Counted from the first letter of the stretch, positions 1 through 8,568 are shown. The stretch: 64,000 nucleotides of DNA from Flavobacteriales bacterium (GCA_947463095.1 CANHRE010000003.1:12073-76072); one strand, 5' to 3'. The notes: generated by a model not told the origin, from the sequence alone. Made by a program: numbers and translations.

Positions 1-791
1 TTCAGGTGCGCAGGGTGTTTGATCTGCCGAAGTTGCCTGTAGACGTCCCTGCTGTTTGTGTGGGAGATGAAACGCGCATGGAAGTAAAACCGGATTGGGG
101 CAATGGTCAGGCAGGAAATATCCGTTGGTTCGCCCATGACCGCGACACGGGCAGCGGCTTGTTGTTCGTGAAGCGCTATCCCAATGCCGGTTTGTATCCG
201 GTTAAATGTATCGCTGTTTCTACGGAAGGCTGTGTTGGCAGCAGGGAAGTGAAAGCCAAAGTGGACCCCAGTCCGAGGGCATCCTTTCGCTATTCCCCCG
301 GTTTCAGCGGCATTGATACGCCGTTTACCTTTAGCAATACCAGCACGGGGGCCAGTTCCTGGATCTGGAACCCGGAGTCGGGTATATTCCTCAACAGCCG
401 CGATTTGGTATATGCCTATCCGGTGGGCGGGTATAAGAAAGTGCTGCTGATAGCCGTAAGCGATTCCGGTTGCCGGGATACGGCTGAACAACTGGTGTTT
501 GTCCGGGAATGGATTAAATACTTCATCCCCAACGCATTCACGCCTAATCGCGACGACCTGAACGAGGTGTTTCGCCCGGTGGGCCTGGAGGGAAGGGTGA
601 ACCGCTATGAATTCAGAATATTCAGCCGCTGGGGGGAGAAACTCTATGATGGCCGCGATGCTGCGAAAGGCTGGGATGGTCGTTTCGGAGGAAAACTCTG
701 CCAGGAGGGACAATACGTATATGAATTGTACTACCGGGATTATTTAGGACAGGCGGGATATCGGAAGGGTAGTTTTTTATTGCTGCGCTGA
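1..791 (+). CDS. C-terminal part of a PKD-like surface protein ending in a T9SS type B (gliding-motility/CHU_C-type) sorting domain; the 5' end lies outside the window
   Basis: The ORF is open from the window edge (track 6..791). The tail FIPNAFTPNRDDLNEVF...IFSRWGEKLY...WDGRF...GQYVYELYY has the same pattern as the C-terminus of the 26260..28377 protein. Confidence 0.75.
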   Translation, partial: QVRRVFDLPKLPVDVPAVCVGDETRMEVKPDWGNGQAGNIRWFAHDRDTGSGLLFVKRYPNAGLYPVKCIAVSTEGCVGSREVKAKVDPSPRASFRYSPGFSGIDTPFTFSNTSTGASSWIWNPESGIFLNSRDLVYAYPVGGYKKVLLIAVSDSGCRDTAEQLVFVREWIKYFIPNAFTPNRDDLNEVFRPVGLEGRVNRYEFRIFSRWGEKLYDGRDAAKGWDGRFGGKLCQEGQYVYELYYRDYLGQAGYRKGSFLLLR

Positions 792-858
792 GTGTTCAGA
801 AATAAGTGATAAGTGCTGGAAATAGGTTGACTATTTGAAAAGAGCGAAAGGTGCTATT

Positions 859-1100
859 CCCGTAGGGATGGCATATCGGTAGCCCTGAAATACGTTGACC
901 GTTTGAAAAGAATCCCGTAGGGATGGCATATCGGTAGCCCTGAAATACGTTGACCGTTTGAAAAAAATCCCGTAGGGATGGCATATCGGTAGCCCTGAAA
1001 TACGTCGACCGTTTGAAAAAAATCCCGTAGGGATGACATATCGGTAGCCCTGAAATACGTCGACCGTTTGAAAAGAATCCCGTAGGGATGGCATATCGTT
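859..1100. repeat. 55-bp direct tandem repeat: 4 full units plus a truncated 5th, with a degenerate partial unit upstream from about 818
   Basis: The unit CCCGTAGGGATGGCATATCGGTAGCCCTGAAATACGTTGACCGTTTGAAAAGAAT begins at 859, 914, 969, 1024 and 1079. Units differ at only 1-3 positions and there are no spacers. Confidence 0.95.
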
Positions 1101-1101
1101 T

Positions 1102-1119
1102 GCCCCGCCCAGGCGGGGC
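1102..1119. terminator. GC-rich hairpin GCCCCGC-CCAG-GCGGGGC between convergent genes; possible bidirectional terminator
   Basis: Perfect 7-bp G/C stem with a 4-nt loop directly after the last truncated repeat unit. Neither side has a clear U-tract, so the function is uncertain. Confidence 0.35.
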
Positions 1120-1205
1120 GGCAAATGAATCATGTTCAATGCCCTTTTTTAGATCACGGCTGGCTGCAAGGGAAGATAGAATATTGAAAATACCTTGATT
1201 ATCCT

Positions 1206-1231
1206 TGATAGTATCAAATGATAGTATCAAA
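1206..1231. promoter_or_regulatory. Two adjacent copies of the 11-bp perfect palindrome TGATAGTATCA (13-bp period); operator-like, function unknown
   Basis: TGATAGTATCAAA TGATAGTATCAAA is read directly. TGATA and TATCA are reverse complements around a central G. Confidence 0.3.
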
Positions 1232-1292
1232 GGTCGTATTTTCATACGCATATCAAAAGTTCGGCAGCAGGTTTTACGCTGGATATCCCGAT

Positions 1293-2882
1293 TCAGGGAA
1301 TGATGAATCGGCTGTAGCCCCTGAGGGAAACGCTTTCAAACGATGCAATAAAAACTCCGGAAGGCCAGTTTGTGATATTAGTTTCCAATAGCTGTCCTGC
1401 GTGAACAGGGAAGCTGCGGAACAATCTGCCGTCGCTGAAGTAAATCTGCAGGTGCCCATTCGCCGGAGCAGTCAGGAACAGGCTTTTGCCGTCGTTCACA
1501 ATCCTGAGTTCTGCCATACGAAGTTCCTTTGTACTCCAGGTTCCACCGCACCAGGCATTCATTTGCGACATGGCTTTGAGGACGTTCAGCCTGCCCCCGG
1601 TGGCGTTTTTGCCACTCAGTGAGGGCAGAGGATCTGCGCCTTTCAGGATCATTTCACGAAGGAATAGGGTTGCAGCGCCAGGGTTCTTTTTATAGAAATT
1701 CAGAAAGCTGTCGCAGGCGTAGGACAGCAGCATGCCCACGGTAGCGGTAACCTGTGGTGCTGCGCCGCTGGTACCTGAAAACTGGTCGTAGCGCCCGAAC
1801 CGCGGGTTATTTTCCGCAGGGGCAACCGTGGTAAAGCTCGCTTCGCCGGGAGCAGCTATATCAATATGTTCCGTTCCGAATCCGGAAGGGTAGAACACGT
1901 CGTTTCCATTAACGTTGTTCACCCCGATTAGAAACGGGCTCGGACAGGTGGTGGGCAGATCGCCGTTGATGTCTACGCTGATGTCGTTGTTTACGGTGGC
2001 GGCAGCCGTGAGGATGCCGTAAGCGCCCAGCGTGTCGTAGAAGGCGCACCACAGCGGCGCATCTTCCGGCCTGCCGCGGTCTATTCCCCAGGAGTTGTTT
2101 GCCGATACCACAAAGGCTCCCTTCTTGCCCTTGCTGTTCAGCCATATTTTCTTTTGTGTTAACACATAGTCGAAGGCCTTAAGTACTTCCGCCTCGGTTC
2201 CGCCACTGCCTACTACCTGCATCAGCTTGGCATGCCATAGGATGCCGCTTACGCCCAGGCTATTTCCGCCGCGGGCGCCGGCAATTCCGTTCACTCCGGT
2301 GCCGTGTCGGGCTTTGTCATACATGTCCACAACGATGGCATTGTCATCGGCGGCATTCCAACCATGCGCATCATCTACATATCCGTTTCCGTCATCGTCA
2401 ATGCCGTTCCAGGGTATTTCACCCTTGTTGATCCAAATGTTGGGAATTAGGTCGGGGTGGGTGGTGTCGATGCCGGTATCAATGATGGCCACCACAATGG
2501 TGTCGCCCTGTTTGGTGCTGCCGCCAATCTGGAAATCCCAAGCTTTGTCGGCGGAAATCATCCTTAAATGTTCCTGTTTGTCAAACCAGGGGTCATTGCT
2601 GTTGAAGCGCAGTTGTACCGGCTTGTTCCATTGGGCCGCCTGAACGCCGGGGATGGCGCGCACATGCTCCAGCAGGCGTGCCTTGGGTTCCTGTACTTTA
2701 CAGAAATAATAGGGTAGGTTGCGGCAAAGCCGCTCGGGGTTGCTGTAGCCTTGCCCCAGCGCGTAGCTGACCCGTTCCAAATCCGTTCCGGGTTTCAGGG
2801 CAAACAGGATTTTTTGTTCCTGGGCCATGAGTCCACAGCCCAGACTGATGGCGCTGCAAAGGGAAAGAAGGCGCTTGAACAT
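1293..2882 (-). CDS. Secreted subtilisin-like serine peptidase (S8 family) with a T9SS type A C-terminal sorting domain
   Basis: Catalytic triad motifs IDTGIDTTHPDL (Asp), HGTGVNGIAGA (His) and GTSGAAPQVTA (Ser). Signal peptide MFKRLLSLCSAISLGCGLMAQ. The start is moved to ATG 2882 because the longer ORF runs through the terminator hairpin at 2912..2937. Confidence 0.85.
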   Translation of the reverse strand: MFKRLLSLCSAISLGCGLMAQEQKILFALKPGTDLERVSYALGQGYSNPERLCRNLPYYFCKVQEPKARLLEHVRAIPGVQAAQWNKPVQLRFNSNDPWFDKQEHLRMISADKAWDFQIGGSTKQGDTIVVAIIDTGIDTTHPDLIPNIWINKGEIPWNGIDDDGNGYVDDAHGWNAADDNAIVVDMYDKARHGTGVNGIAGARGGNSLGVSGILWHAKLMQVVGSGGTEAEVLKAFDYVLTQKKIWLNSKGKKGAFVVSANNSWGIDRGRPEDAPLWCAFYDTLGAYGILTAAATVNNDISVDINGDLPTTCPSPFLIGVNNVNGNDVFYPSGFGTEHIDIAAPGEASFTTVAPAENNPRFGRYDQFSGTSGAAPQVTATVGMLLSYACDSFLNFYKKNPGAATLFLREMILKGADPLPSLSGKNATGGRLNVLKAMSQMNAWCGGTWSTKELRMAELRIVNDGKSLFLTAPANGHLQIYFSDGRLFRSFPVHAGQLLETNITNWPSGVFIASFESVSLRGYSRFIIP

Positions 2883-2911
2883 GATGATTGGATGTTTAAA
2901 GTTACAAAAAA

Positions 2912-2937
2912 AGCGGCACTTGCGCACCGCTTTTTTT
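2912..2937 (-). terminator. Hairpin flanked by an A-run and a T-run, between the TPR gene and the S8 peptidase gene
   Basis: AAAAAAAGCGGCACTTGCGCACCGCTTTTTTT has AGCGG/CCGCT arms and symmetric A/T runs. It lies 20 nt downstream of the TPR stop. Confidence 0.5.
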
Positions 2938-2956
2938 GGTTGAAATTGAATGAGCT

Positions 2957-4576
2957 TTATTTAATGGCCTTGGCTTCTTTAGATTCCATGAACTTTTTCG
3001 CCTCGGCGTTATTGGGATCAATAGCCAGCAGGGCATTATAGTAATTCTTGGTTTCCACCCAGTTCTTCTGTTCCTTGTAGTAGGTTGCCAGGTAGGCATT
3101 AGCAATAATCAGATCGTTTTTGTTCTTGCCTTGTTCTTCGGGTTTCAGGTTTTTCATCCACTCTTCAAAGAAAGGTTTGGCAGACCAGGCTTCCTGGAAG
3201 GTATCCAGTTGCAGGTTGGATTTAGCGCGGATCAGCCGTCCGTAGTTGTATTCGGGTGACAGGGCAATCACCTTGGCCATGATGCTGTCGGACATCAGGT
3301 AATCTTTGATGTAATAGTTCGCCATACCCTGATAAATCTGGTCGTTTAGGCTCATCTTCTTACCCATTTCACTCTTGATGGCATAAATTCTGGCGGCATC
3401 TGCGTAGCGCTTCCGCTTGTAATATCCGGAGGCCATTTCGTCAAACCAAACATCCTTGGAGCCTTCCATGCGCAGCGCTTCTTCGCGCACCCGGAAGGAT
3501 TCCACGGTGTCGCCGGCGATGGCCAGCAGACTAGATTTTGTATATACATCCTGTGCTGAAGGCTTTCGGTCGGGGCTCTGGGCTGTATATCGATCTAGGT
3601 ACATCAGACCTTTAGCGGCATCGGCGGCATTGCTTCCGCTGCGTTCGGCGATGGAGAAGGCAAGCAACCCGTAGATGTTTGGATATTCTTTCTGCTGCAG
3701 CAGGCTTTCCCCTTCGCTGATGGCCTGGTCGTACTGTTTGGCCAGATACAGAGCACTCACATATTTACGGCGGGCGCTGGGGTTGTTGTTACGGCGCAAG
3801 TATTCCTGGTAGTAAAACAAGGCACTGTCAATTTTTCCTCTGGAATAGTACATATCGCCGTATTCGCGGTACACTGGGGCATAGTTGGCATCCAGTGCGA
3901 TGGCGCGGGTAAAATCCTGCTGGGCGCGGTCATACACCTTAGCGCGGGTCCATACTTTACCCTGCTTGGTGATGGCCACCACTTTATTGATGCCGCCCAG
4001 GTCTTCGGCGGTAATGTAGTTCTGAATGGCCGGGCTGGCATCGATGGGGTTTTTAGCCCACAGCGCATCGCCATACAGCACATAACCTTCCGCATTCAGG
4101 TTATCTGACTCGGTGGCGGTTTTCAGGTATTCCAGGGACTTGACCAGGTCGCGTTTTGGTGCCATCATATAGGCTTCGCCGATGTTATTCCGCATCGAGC
4201 TTACTTTCTTCTTAGCCACGGCAAGCCCCTGGATGAACAGGTTTTCAGCTTCGCTGTTTTTTCCTTCCCACAGGGCTTTTATACCCGCGCCTACCAAGCC
4301 TTCGGGGCTCTTGGCATTCAGAGTATAGGCCTCCTGAAAGGAATTCAGGGCCGAAGCCGCGTCATCAGACTTCAGCGCATTCCAGGCTTGCTGGTAGGCC
4401 AGCACCGGGTCGGTGGGCTTTTTGGTTTTGAGCGACAGAAGCATGCGGCTTGCATCTTCATATTGCTCGTTGCGGGTGAAAATGGCTGCCTGCTGCACCG
4501 ACTGGGCGTTGATGGAAACGGCAGTCAGGGTGAAAATCGAGGGCAGGAGGTAACTGGATATATTCCTGAGGTTCAT
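2957..4576 (-). CDS. Tetratricopeptide-repeat (TPR) protein with a signal peptide
   Basis: N-terminal LPSIFTLTAVSINAQS signal. Repeated A/Y/L-rich 34-aa-type helices such as AWNALKSDDAASALNSFQEAY and YGDMYYSRGKIDSALFYYQEYL. Confidence 0.75.
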   Translation of the reverse strand: MNLRNISSYLLPSIFTLTAVSINAQSVQQAAIFTRNEQYEDASRMLLSLKTKKPTDPVLAYQQAWNALKSDDAASALNSFQEAYTLNAKSPEGLVGAGIKALWEGKNSEAENLFIQGLAVAKKKVSSMRNNIGEAYMMAPKRDLVKSLEYLKTATESDNLNAEGYVLYGDALWAKNPIDASPAIQNYITAEDLGGINKVVAITKQGKVWTRAKVYDRAQQDFTRAIALDANYAPVYREYGDMYYSRGKIDSALFYYQEYLRRNNNPSARRKYVSALYLAKQYDQAISEGESLLQQKEYPNIYGLLAFSIAERSGSNAADAAKGLMYLDRYTAQSPDRKPSAQDVYTKSSLLAIAGDTVESFRVREEALRMEGSKDVWFDEMASGYYKRKRYADAARIYAIKSEMGKKMSLNDQIYQGMANYYIKDYLMSDSIMAKVIALSPEYNYGRLIRAKSNLQLDTFQEAWSAKPFFEEWMKNLKPEEQGKNKNDLIIANAYLATYYKEQKNWVETKNYYNALLAIDPNNAEAKKFMESKEAKAIK

Positions 4577-4632
4577 GGGTTACAATGTTGTTCTTTAAGT
4601 TATATTCAATTCACGTGCCAGTTAGGCATGGT

Positions 4633-5559
4633 TTATTTCAGCGCCTCGGGTAGGCCGGGGTGAATCTGGATGACACGTTCCTGATCCCGCACCGGAACAA
4701 TGCCGCTTTTTTTCAGAGCCAGTTGTCCCTGCGCGCCGCCGACAAAGGTAATAAAGCCACTGCCCAGACCTTGGTAATGTTGGGTATTAATCATGTAGAT
4801 TCCGTAGCGGAGTGGATATTGATTCAGTTTAATGTGTGCATAAAAGGGCTTGAATGCAGGGCCATCGGCAGCCGTTTTTACGGGCAGGATGCGTATTTGG
4901 CGGTACATGGAGCGGGCAGTTTCGCTGGTCATATCACCAATCCAGTTGGCGCCAATCACGCCGATGCATCCCGGATTGTCTATCACGTAGCGCAGCACTT
5001 CGCTGTTGCTGCTCAGGGCCTTCACGCCGGGTCCGGGTTGGGCACCCCCGCAAAGGCTGTCTCGGAAATAACTGAAGCAAGCACCTCCGGGATGGTCAAA
5101 TACCAGTTGCGTTTCCGTAGTTCCGGAACTGAACAGCGCTTTCAGCTTAGCCAGAAGTATTGGGCTGGTATCATGGCTGTTTCGGGCCATCACCAGGGCA
5201 ACGCCTGCGTAGCCGATGAGTGTGCTGCGCGCCTTGATACCGGTTTGTTGCAAAGCATCCTTTTCGGAGCGGCTCAGGTCGCGGTGCATGACACCGGTTT
5301 TCAGGCTGTCGTTCATCAGCAATTCCAGAATGCGGTTCTGCGGAAGGAACGAGGCCTTAAGCGCCGTTTGGGGGTATAGGCCTTGGAACAGGTTGATTTG
5401 TGCTGCCAGAGCCGGACTATCGCTGTGTTCAATGCCAAGGGGTAATATGCCCGAGGTTGGGGTATCTGCCTCCCTTTGCCGGGAAGAACCGGTGCCGCAG
5501 GCACAGAACATGATGCAGGCGGCTGCAGCAAACAAGAATCCAAGTTTATTATGCTTCAT
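4633..5559 (-). CDS. PstS-like periplasmic substrate-binding-domain lipoprotein (PBP fold)
   Basis: Lipoprotein-type N-terminus MKHNKLGFLFAAAACIMFCACG. Overall resemblance to the phosphate-binding PBP_like_2 proteins that follow tonB in Bacteroidota clusters (from memory, not searched). Confidence 0.55.
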   Translation of the reverse strand: MKHNKLGFLFAAAACIMFCACGTGSSRQREADTPTSGILPLGIEHSDSPALAAQINLFQGLYPQTALKASFLPQNRILELLMNDSLKTGVMHRDLSRSEKDALQQTGIKARSTLIGYAGVALVMARNSHDTSPILLAKLKALFSSGTTETQLVFDHPGGACFSYFRDSLCGGAQPGPGVKALSSNSEVLRYVIDNPGCIGVIGANWIGDMTSETARSMYRQIRILPVKTAADGPAFKPFYAHIKLNQYPLRYGIYMINTQHYQGLGSGFITFVGGAQGQLALKKSGIVPVRDQERVIQIHPGLPEALK

Positions 5560-5574
5560 GGGCAGGGTCTTTGA

Positions 5575-5814
5575 TTAATCCTGATTTTTAAATTTCTTGA
5601 AGCGCATCCAGGTGAGCATCAGGCGGAACATGGCCCAAACGATTAGGAACCAGCCTGCGTAATTGCGCCAGGGTGGACGTGCCTCTGGAAGAAATTCCGG
5701 CAGGCTGAGCAGCGCAATGCCCATGCTGAAGAAAACCAGCGCCATAAACAAGCCGCTGAGCAGGCTGAAGCGCAGGTACCATTCCATATTTTTATTTCCG
5801 GATTCTTGATTCAT
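5575..5814 (-). CDS. Small hypothetical membrane protein (two predicted TM helices)
   Basis: 79 aa with two hydrophobic stretches (LLSGLFMALVFFSMGIALLSL and GWFLIVWAMFRLMLTW). Sits in-line within the minus-strand operon. Confidence 0.5.
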   Translation of the reverse strand: MNQESGNKNMEWYLRFSLLSGLFMALVFFSMGIALLSLPEFLPEARPPWRNYAGWFLIVWAMFRLMLTWMRFKKFKNQD

Positions 5815-5879
5815 GTTGCTGATGATTGGGTGCGCCGGCTGAATACACGTTATTTCCGTGAGCCTCGTACGGCAGCTTT

Positions 5880-6302
5880 TTATCTTGATGTTATATTAAA
5901 TCTAATGGGTAGTGTGCGGTAGGATTTTACCGCTTTGCCGTTCAGCTGGGCGGGAATCCACCTGGGTGATATGGACATGATGCGGATGGCCTCCTGGCTA
6001 AACTCCGGACATAGCGAAGATTGTTCAAGGACAACTACCTTGCTGATGCTTCCATCAACATCAACCATAAACCGAAGCAATACATGTCCATTGATGCCTT
6101 CGCTCTGGCATCTGGTCGGGTAATAGATAAAATCAGCCAGGAATTTGAAGAATTCAGCGTTTCCTCCTTTTGGCTGGGCTTCTATCAGGTGAGTGCTGTC
6201 GTGCACCGCTATCAGCGGCTGGTCTTCAGTTTGTCCGTAGCCATGATTCATCAGGCAACAGCATAGGCTGAGGACCATTGTAGATTTTATCAGGAGCTTC
6301 AC
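5880..6302 (-). CDS. Secreted stand-alone TonB C-terminal-domain protein (no membrane anchor, no Pro-rich linker)
   Basis: Signal peptide MKLLIKSTMVLSLCCCLMNHGYGQ followed by PKGGNAEFFKFL...CQSEGINGHVLLRFMVDVDGSIS...NGKAVKSYRTLPIRF. This aligns closely with the C-terminus of the upstream TonB. Confidence 0.75.
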   Translation of the reverse strand: MKLLIKSTMVLSLCCCLMNHGYGQTEDQPLIAVHDSTHLIEAQPKGGNAEFFKFLADFIYYPTRCQSEGINGHVLLRFMVDVDGSISKVVVLEQSSLCPEFSQEAIRIMSISPRWIPAQLNGKAVKSYRTLPIRFNITSR

Positions 6303-6438
6303 AGAATGTTATGGTGATTCAGCTGGCTGGGAAAACCTGCACTAAGGGTAATGAAACCGGGTAGCGGGAGTTTGTATTAATCATGTGCAGACCATGTTAA
6401 ACAAAGCCCCCCGCCGGTTTGGGCAGGGGGCTGAAGTA

Positions 6439-7260
6439 TTATTCGTCTGTAGCCACTTCCAGTCGGATGGGTATTTTTCGATATGCTTTTACCGCTTTAC
6501 CTCCATTCTGGGCTGGGGTCCACTTAGGAGCAGAAAGCAGCACGCGGATGGCTTCCTTGGTAAATTCCTCACATTCAGCGGTTTTATCGATGGCCACCAC
6601 ATTACTGATGCTTCCATCCACATCCACCACAAACTTGAGGAGTACATAACCATTAATACCTTCGCTTTGGCAGCGTTCAGGGTATTCGAAATGGGTTGAA
6701 ACGTAATCATAGAATTTGCTCAGGCCACCTTTTGGCTGGGCTTCTACCTGCACTACTTCCAGGGGGCCGGCGTCGGTTTCCACGGGTTTGTCGCCGTTAC
6801 CCGATTGGGTATTGTCCTCGGTTCCTTCCTGGTTTTCGTTGCTCACGTTTGCATTGATATCGGTATTTACCGGTGGAGGTTCCGGATCGCGGGCTTCCTC
6901 GTTGATGACCGGTACCACAAACTTTTGGGTTTTCACCTTGGGTGCTTCCTGCTCCGGTGGAGGTGGAGGTGGGGGCGGAGTAGGTTCATCTTTCAGCGGT
7001 TTCGGCGCTTCCAGAGAAACGTTGGTAACCCTGAATTTCTTCTTCTTTTGTTCCGGGCCGTTGATCATATCAATGATTTTCGGTGTTCCGGTAACAATAA
7101 GGAATACGGCACCCGAGATCAGCATAGCAAGTACCAAGGTATTCCGGTAAGTGCGGCGCAGTTGATAGGCACCATAGCTTCGGTTTCTGTTGGCAAAAAC
7201 CAGCTCATTTCTGCTGTCGCTAAGCGGGCTGGTCCAGCTGTCAAATAGTTTCTCTGCCAT
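6439..7260 (-). CDS. tonB: Energy transducer TonB
   Basis: N-terminal anchor (LVLAMLISGAVFLIVTG), proline linker EPTPPPPPPPPEQE, and a C-terminal TonB_C domain (PKGGLSKFYDYV...GINGYVLLKFVVDVDGSIS...GKAVKAYRKIPIRL). Confidence 0.85.
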   Translation of the reverse strand: MAEKLFDSWTSPLSDSRNELVFANRNRSYGAYQLRRTYRNTLVLAMLISGAVFLIVTGTPKIIDMINGPEQKKKKFRVTNVSLEAPKPLKDEPTPPPPPPPPEQEAPKVKTQKFVVPVINEEARDPEPPPVNTDINANVSNENQEGTEDNTQSGNGDKPVETDAGPLEVVQVEAQPKGGLSKFYDYVSTHFEYPERCQSEGINGYVLLKFVVDVDGSISNVVAIDKTAECEEFTKEAIRVLLSAPKWTPAQNGGKAVKAYRKIPIRLEVATDE

Positions 7261-7272
7261 AATATTATCCTT

Positions 7273-7899
7273 TTAAGGGTTCAGTTTTGTTGCATCCGCG
7301 AGCATTACTTTCTCTTTTGGGTCAAGTTCGTCCACCACCACAAAGCGTCCTACTTTGGTGATGTTCAACTCGTCCACAATGTCAATAATGTTCTTATAGG
7401 TGGCTTTGTCGTCGTTCTTGATCAATACCACCAGCGCATCTGGGATGCTCTGGATTTTAACCATTTCCCTTTTAAAGGTGCTGTCAGCCATATTGGTTTT
7501 CTGCGCCTTCTGGCCGAGTGCACGGATTTGTTCTACCACATCGCGGTTGCGATCAACCAGCAATTTGCGCAGACCGTTAGCCGTGTAATCGGTAGCTTCC
7601 AGTTTCTCAGTTTTGCCCAGTGAACCGGAGTAATAATAGATTTTATCCTTTCCGGTAGCGATGATGGTTAATCCGTTTCGCACTTCCGATATGGGCTCGT
7701 CAGGAGTTTCCTTATCGAAGGGGAAGTTCAGTTCCATCACCTTGGGTTTATTGAAGGTAGCGGTAAGTACGAAGAAGGTAAGCAGCAGAAAGGCGAGATC
7801 CACCATGGGGGTCATATCTACCCTGGTGCTCAGTTTTTTCGCGCGTTTCTTGCCGTGTTTACCACCTCCGCCGCCGCCGCCGGTATTTAATTCAGCCAT
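7273..7899 (-). CDS. exbD: ExbD/TolR family biopolymer transporter
   Basis: VDMTPMVDLAFLLLTFFVL anchor motif and a Gly/Lys-rich N-terminus. Position between the other exbD and tonB. Confidence 0.8.
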   Translation of the reverse strand: MAELNTGGGGGGGKHGKKRAKKLSTRVDMTPMVDLAFLLLTFFVLTATFNKPKVMELNFPFDKETPDEPISEVRNGLTIIATGKDKIYYYSGSLGKTEKLEATDYTANGLRKLLVDRNRDVVEQIRALGQKAQKTNMADSTFKREMVKIQSIPDALVVLIKNDDKATYKNIIDIVDELNITKVGRFVVVDELDPKEKVMLADATKLNP

Positions 7900-7908
7900 G
7901 GTTCAGTT

Positions 7909-8568
7909 TCAGATTTTAGGTTCGTCCTCAATGTTGGTGATCATGTTGAACCTGTAAATGTTCAGATCCTTGAAAATTTGAATCACCTTTTTCACCTTGT
8001 CGTACGGGGCTTTGCCGTCTGCCTTGATGGCATAGCGCAAGCCTTCGTCCTTGAAGGGCTGATTCCGTTCTTTGGCTTCCTGTTTCCGGCGCTGCATGTC
8101 TACGGCAGCAGCCCTGCGGCCGAAATCTACCCAGTGCATGAGCTGGTTATTGGTACTGTCGTAAGGAATACCCGCTGATTGAGCTTTTTCGCGCTCCCCG
8201 GAGGATAACTCCAGGTATTGCGACATTTGGCGTATGTCCAGTCCAAACATTGAAATGCCACCAAATTTCTGATATTCATCCGGTGTGAATTTTATGTTGT
8301 ACTGGTCGGCCACAGCCTTCATCGTGCTTCTTCTTACTTCAAAGCCCGCCATTCCAAAGAACACCCGACCGTTGTTGTCTATGGTTACCTGTAGTACATT
8401 ATCAGGCAACATATCCTCCGCTATCGAAGTCGGGGTGTCAACCACCACCGGCTCTGCTTCGCGGAACGAGGCCGTCAGCATGAAAAAGGTAACCAACAGG
8501 AACGCCAGGTCCACCATTGGGGTCATGTCCATGGAAGGACTAGACCTTGGCATTTTTATCTTCGGCAT
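7909..8568 (-). CDS. exbD: ExbD/TolR family biopolymer transporter
   Basis: MDMTPMVDLAFLLVTFFML anchor motif, immediately downstream of exbB. Confidence 0.8.
   Translation of the reverse strand: MPKIKMPRSSPSMDMTPMVDLAFLLVTFFMLTASFREAEPVVVDTPTSIAEDMLPDNVLQVTIDNNGRVFFGMAGFEVRRSTMKAVADQYNIKFTPDEYQKFGGISMFGLDIRQMSQYLELSSGEREKAQSAGIPYDSTNNQLMHWVDFGRRAAAVDMQRRKQEAKERNQPFKDEGLRYAIKADGKAPYDKVKKVIQIFKDLNIYRFNMITNIEDEPKI

Noticed and set aside
859-1100. CRISPR array
   Set aside because: The 55-bp units are directly abutting with no unique spacers between them. No cas genes are present anywhere in the window, and 55 bp is outside the normal repeat length.
796-1251. Three overlapping minus-strand ORFs (151, 102 and 61 aa) encoding a repetitive peptide
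   Set aside because: They exist only because the tandem unit lacks minus-strand stops. With a 55-bp period the reading frame shifts every unit, so the three ORFs are the same DNA read in rotating frames. I see no signal peptide or promoter box. I treat them as repeat artefacts, though transcription should still be checked.
6950-6990. Simple-sequence DNA repeats: the GGTGGAGGTGGAGGTGGGGGCGGAG run here, plus the CCGCCGCCGCCGCC run near 7865-7885 and the GGCGG runs near 53390-53470
   Set aside because: They are the coding sequences for the poly-Pro TonB linker, the poly-Gly ExbD N-terminus and the Gly/Ser tail of the TPM protein. They are low-complexity protein segments, not independent DNA elements.
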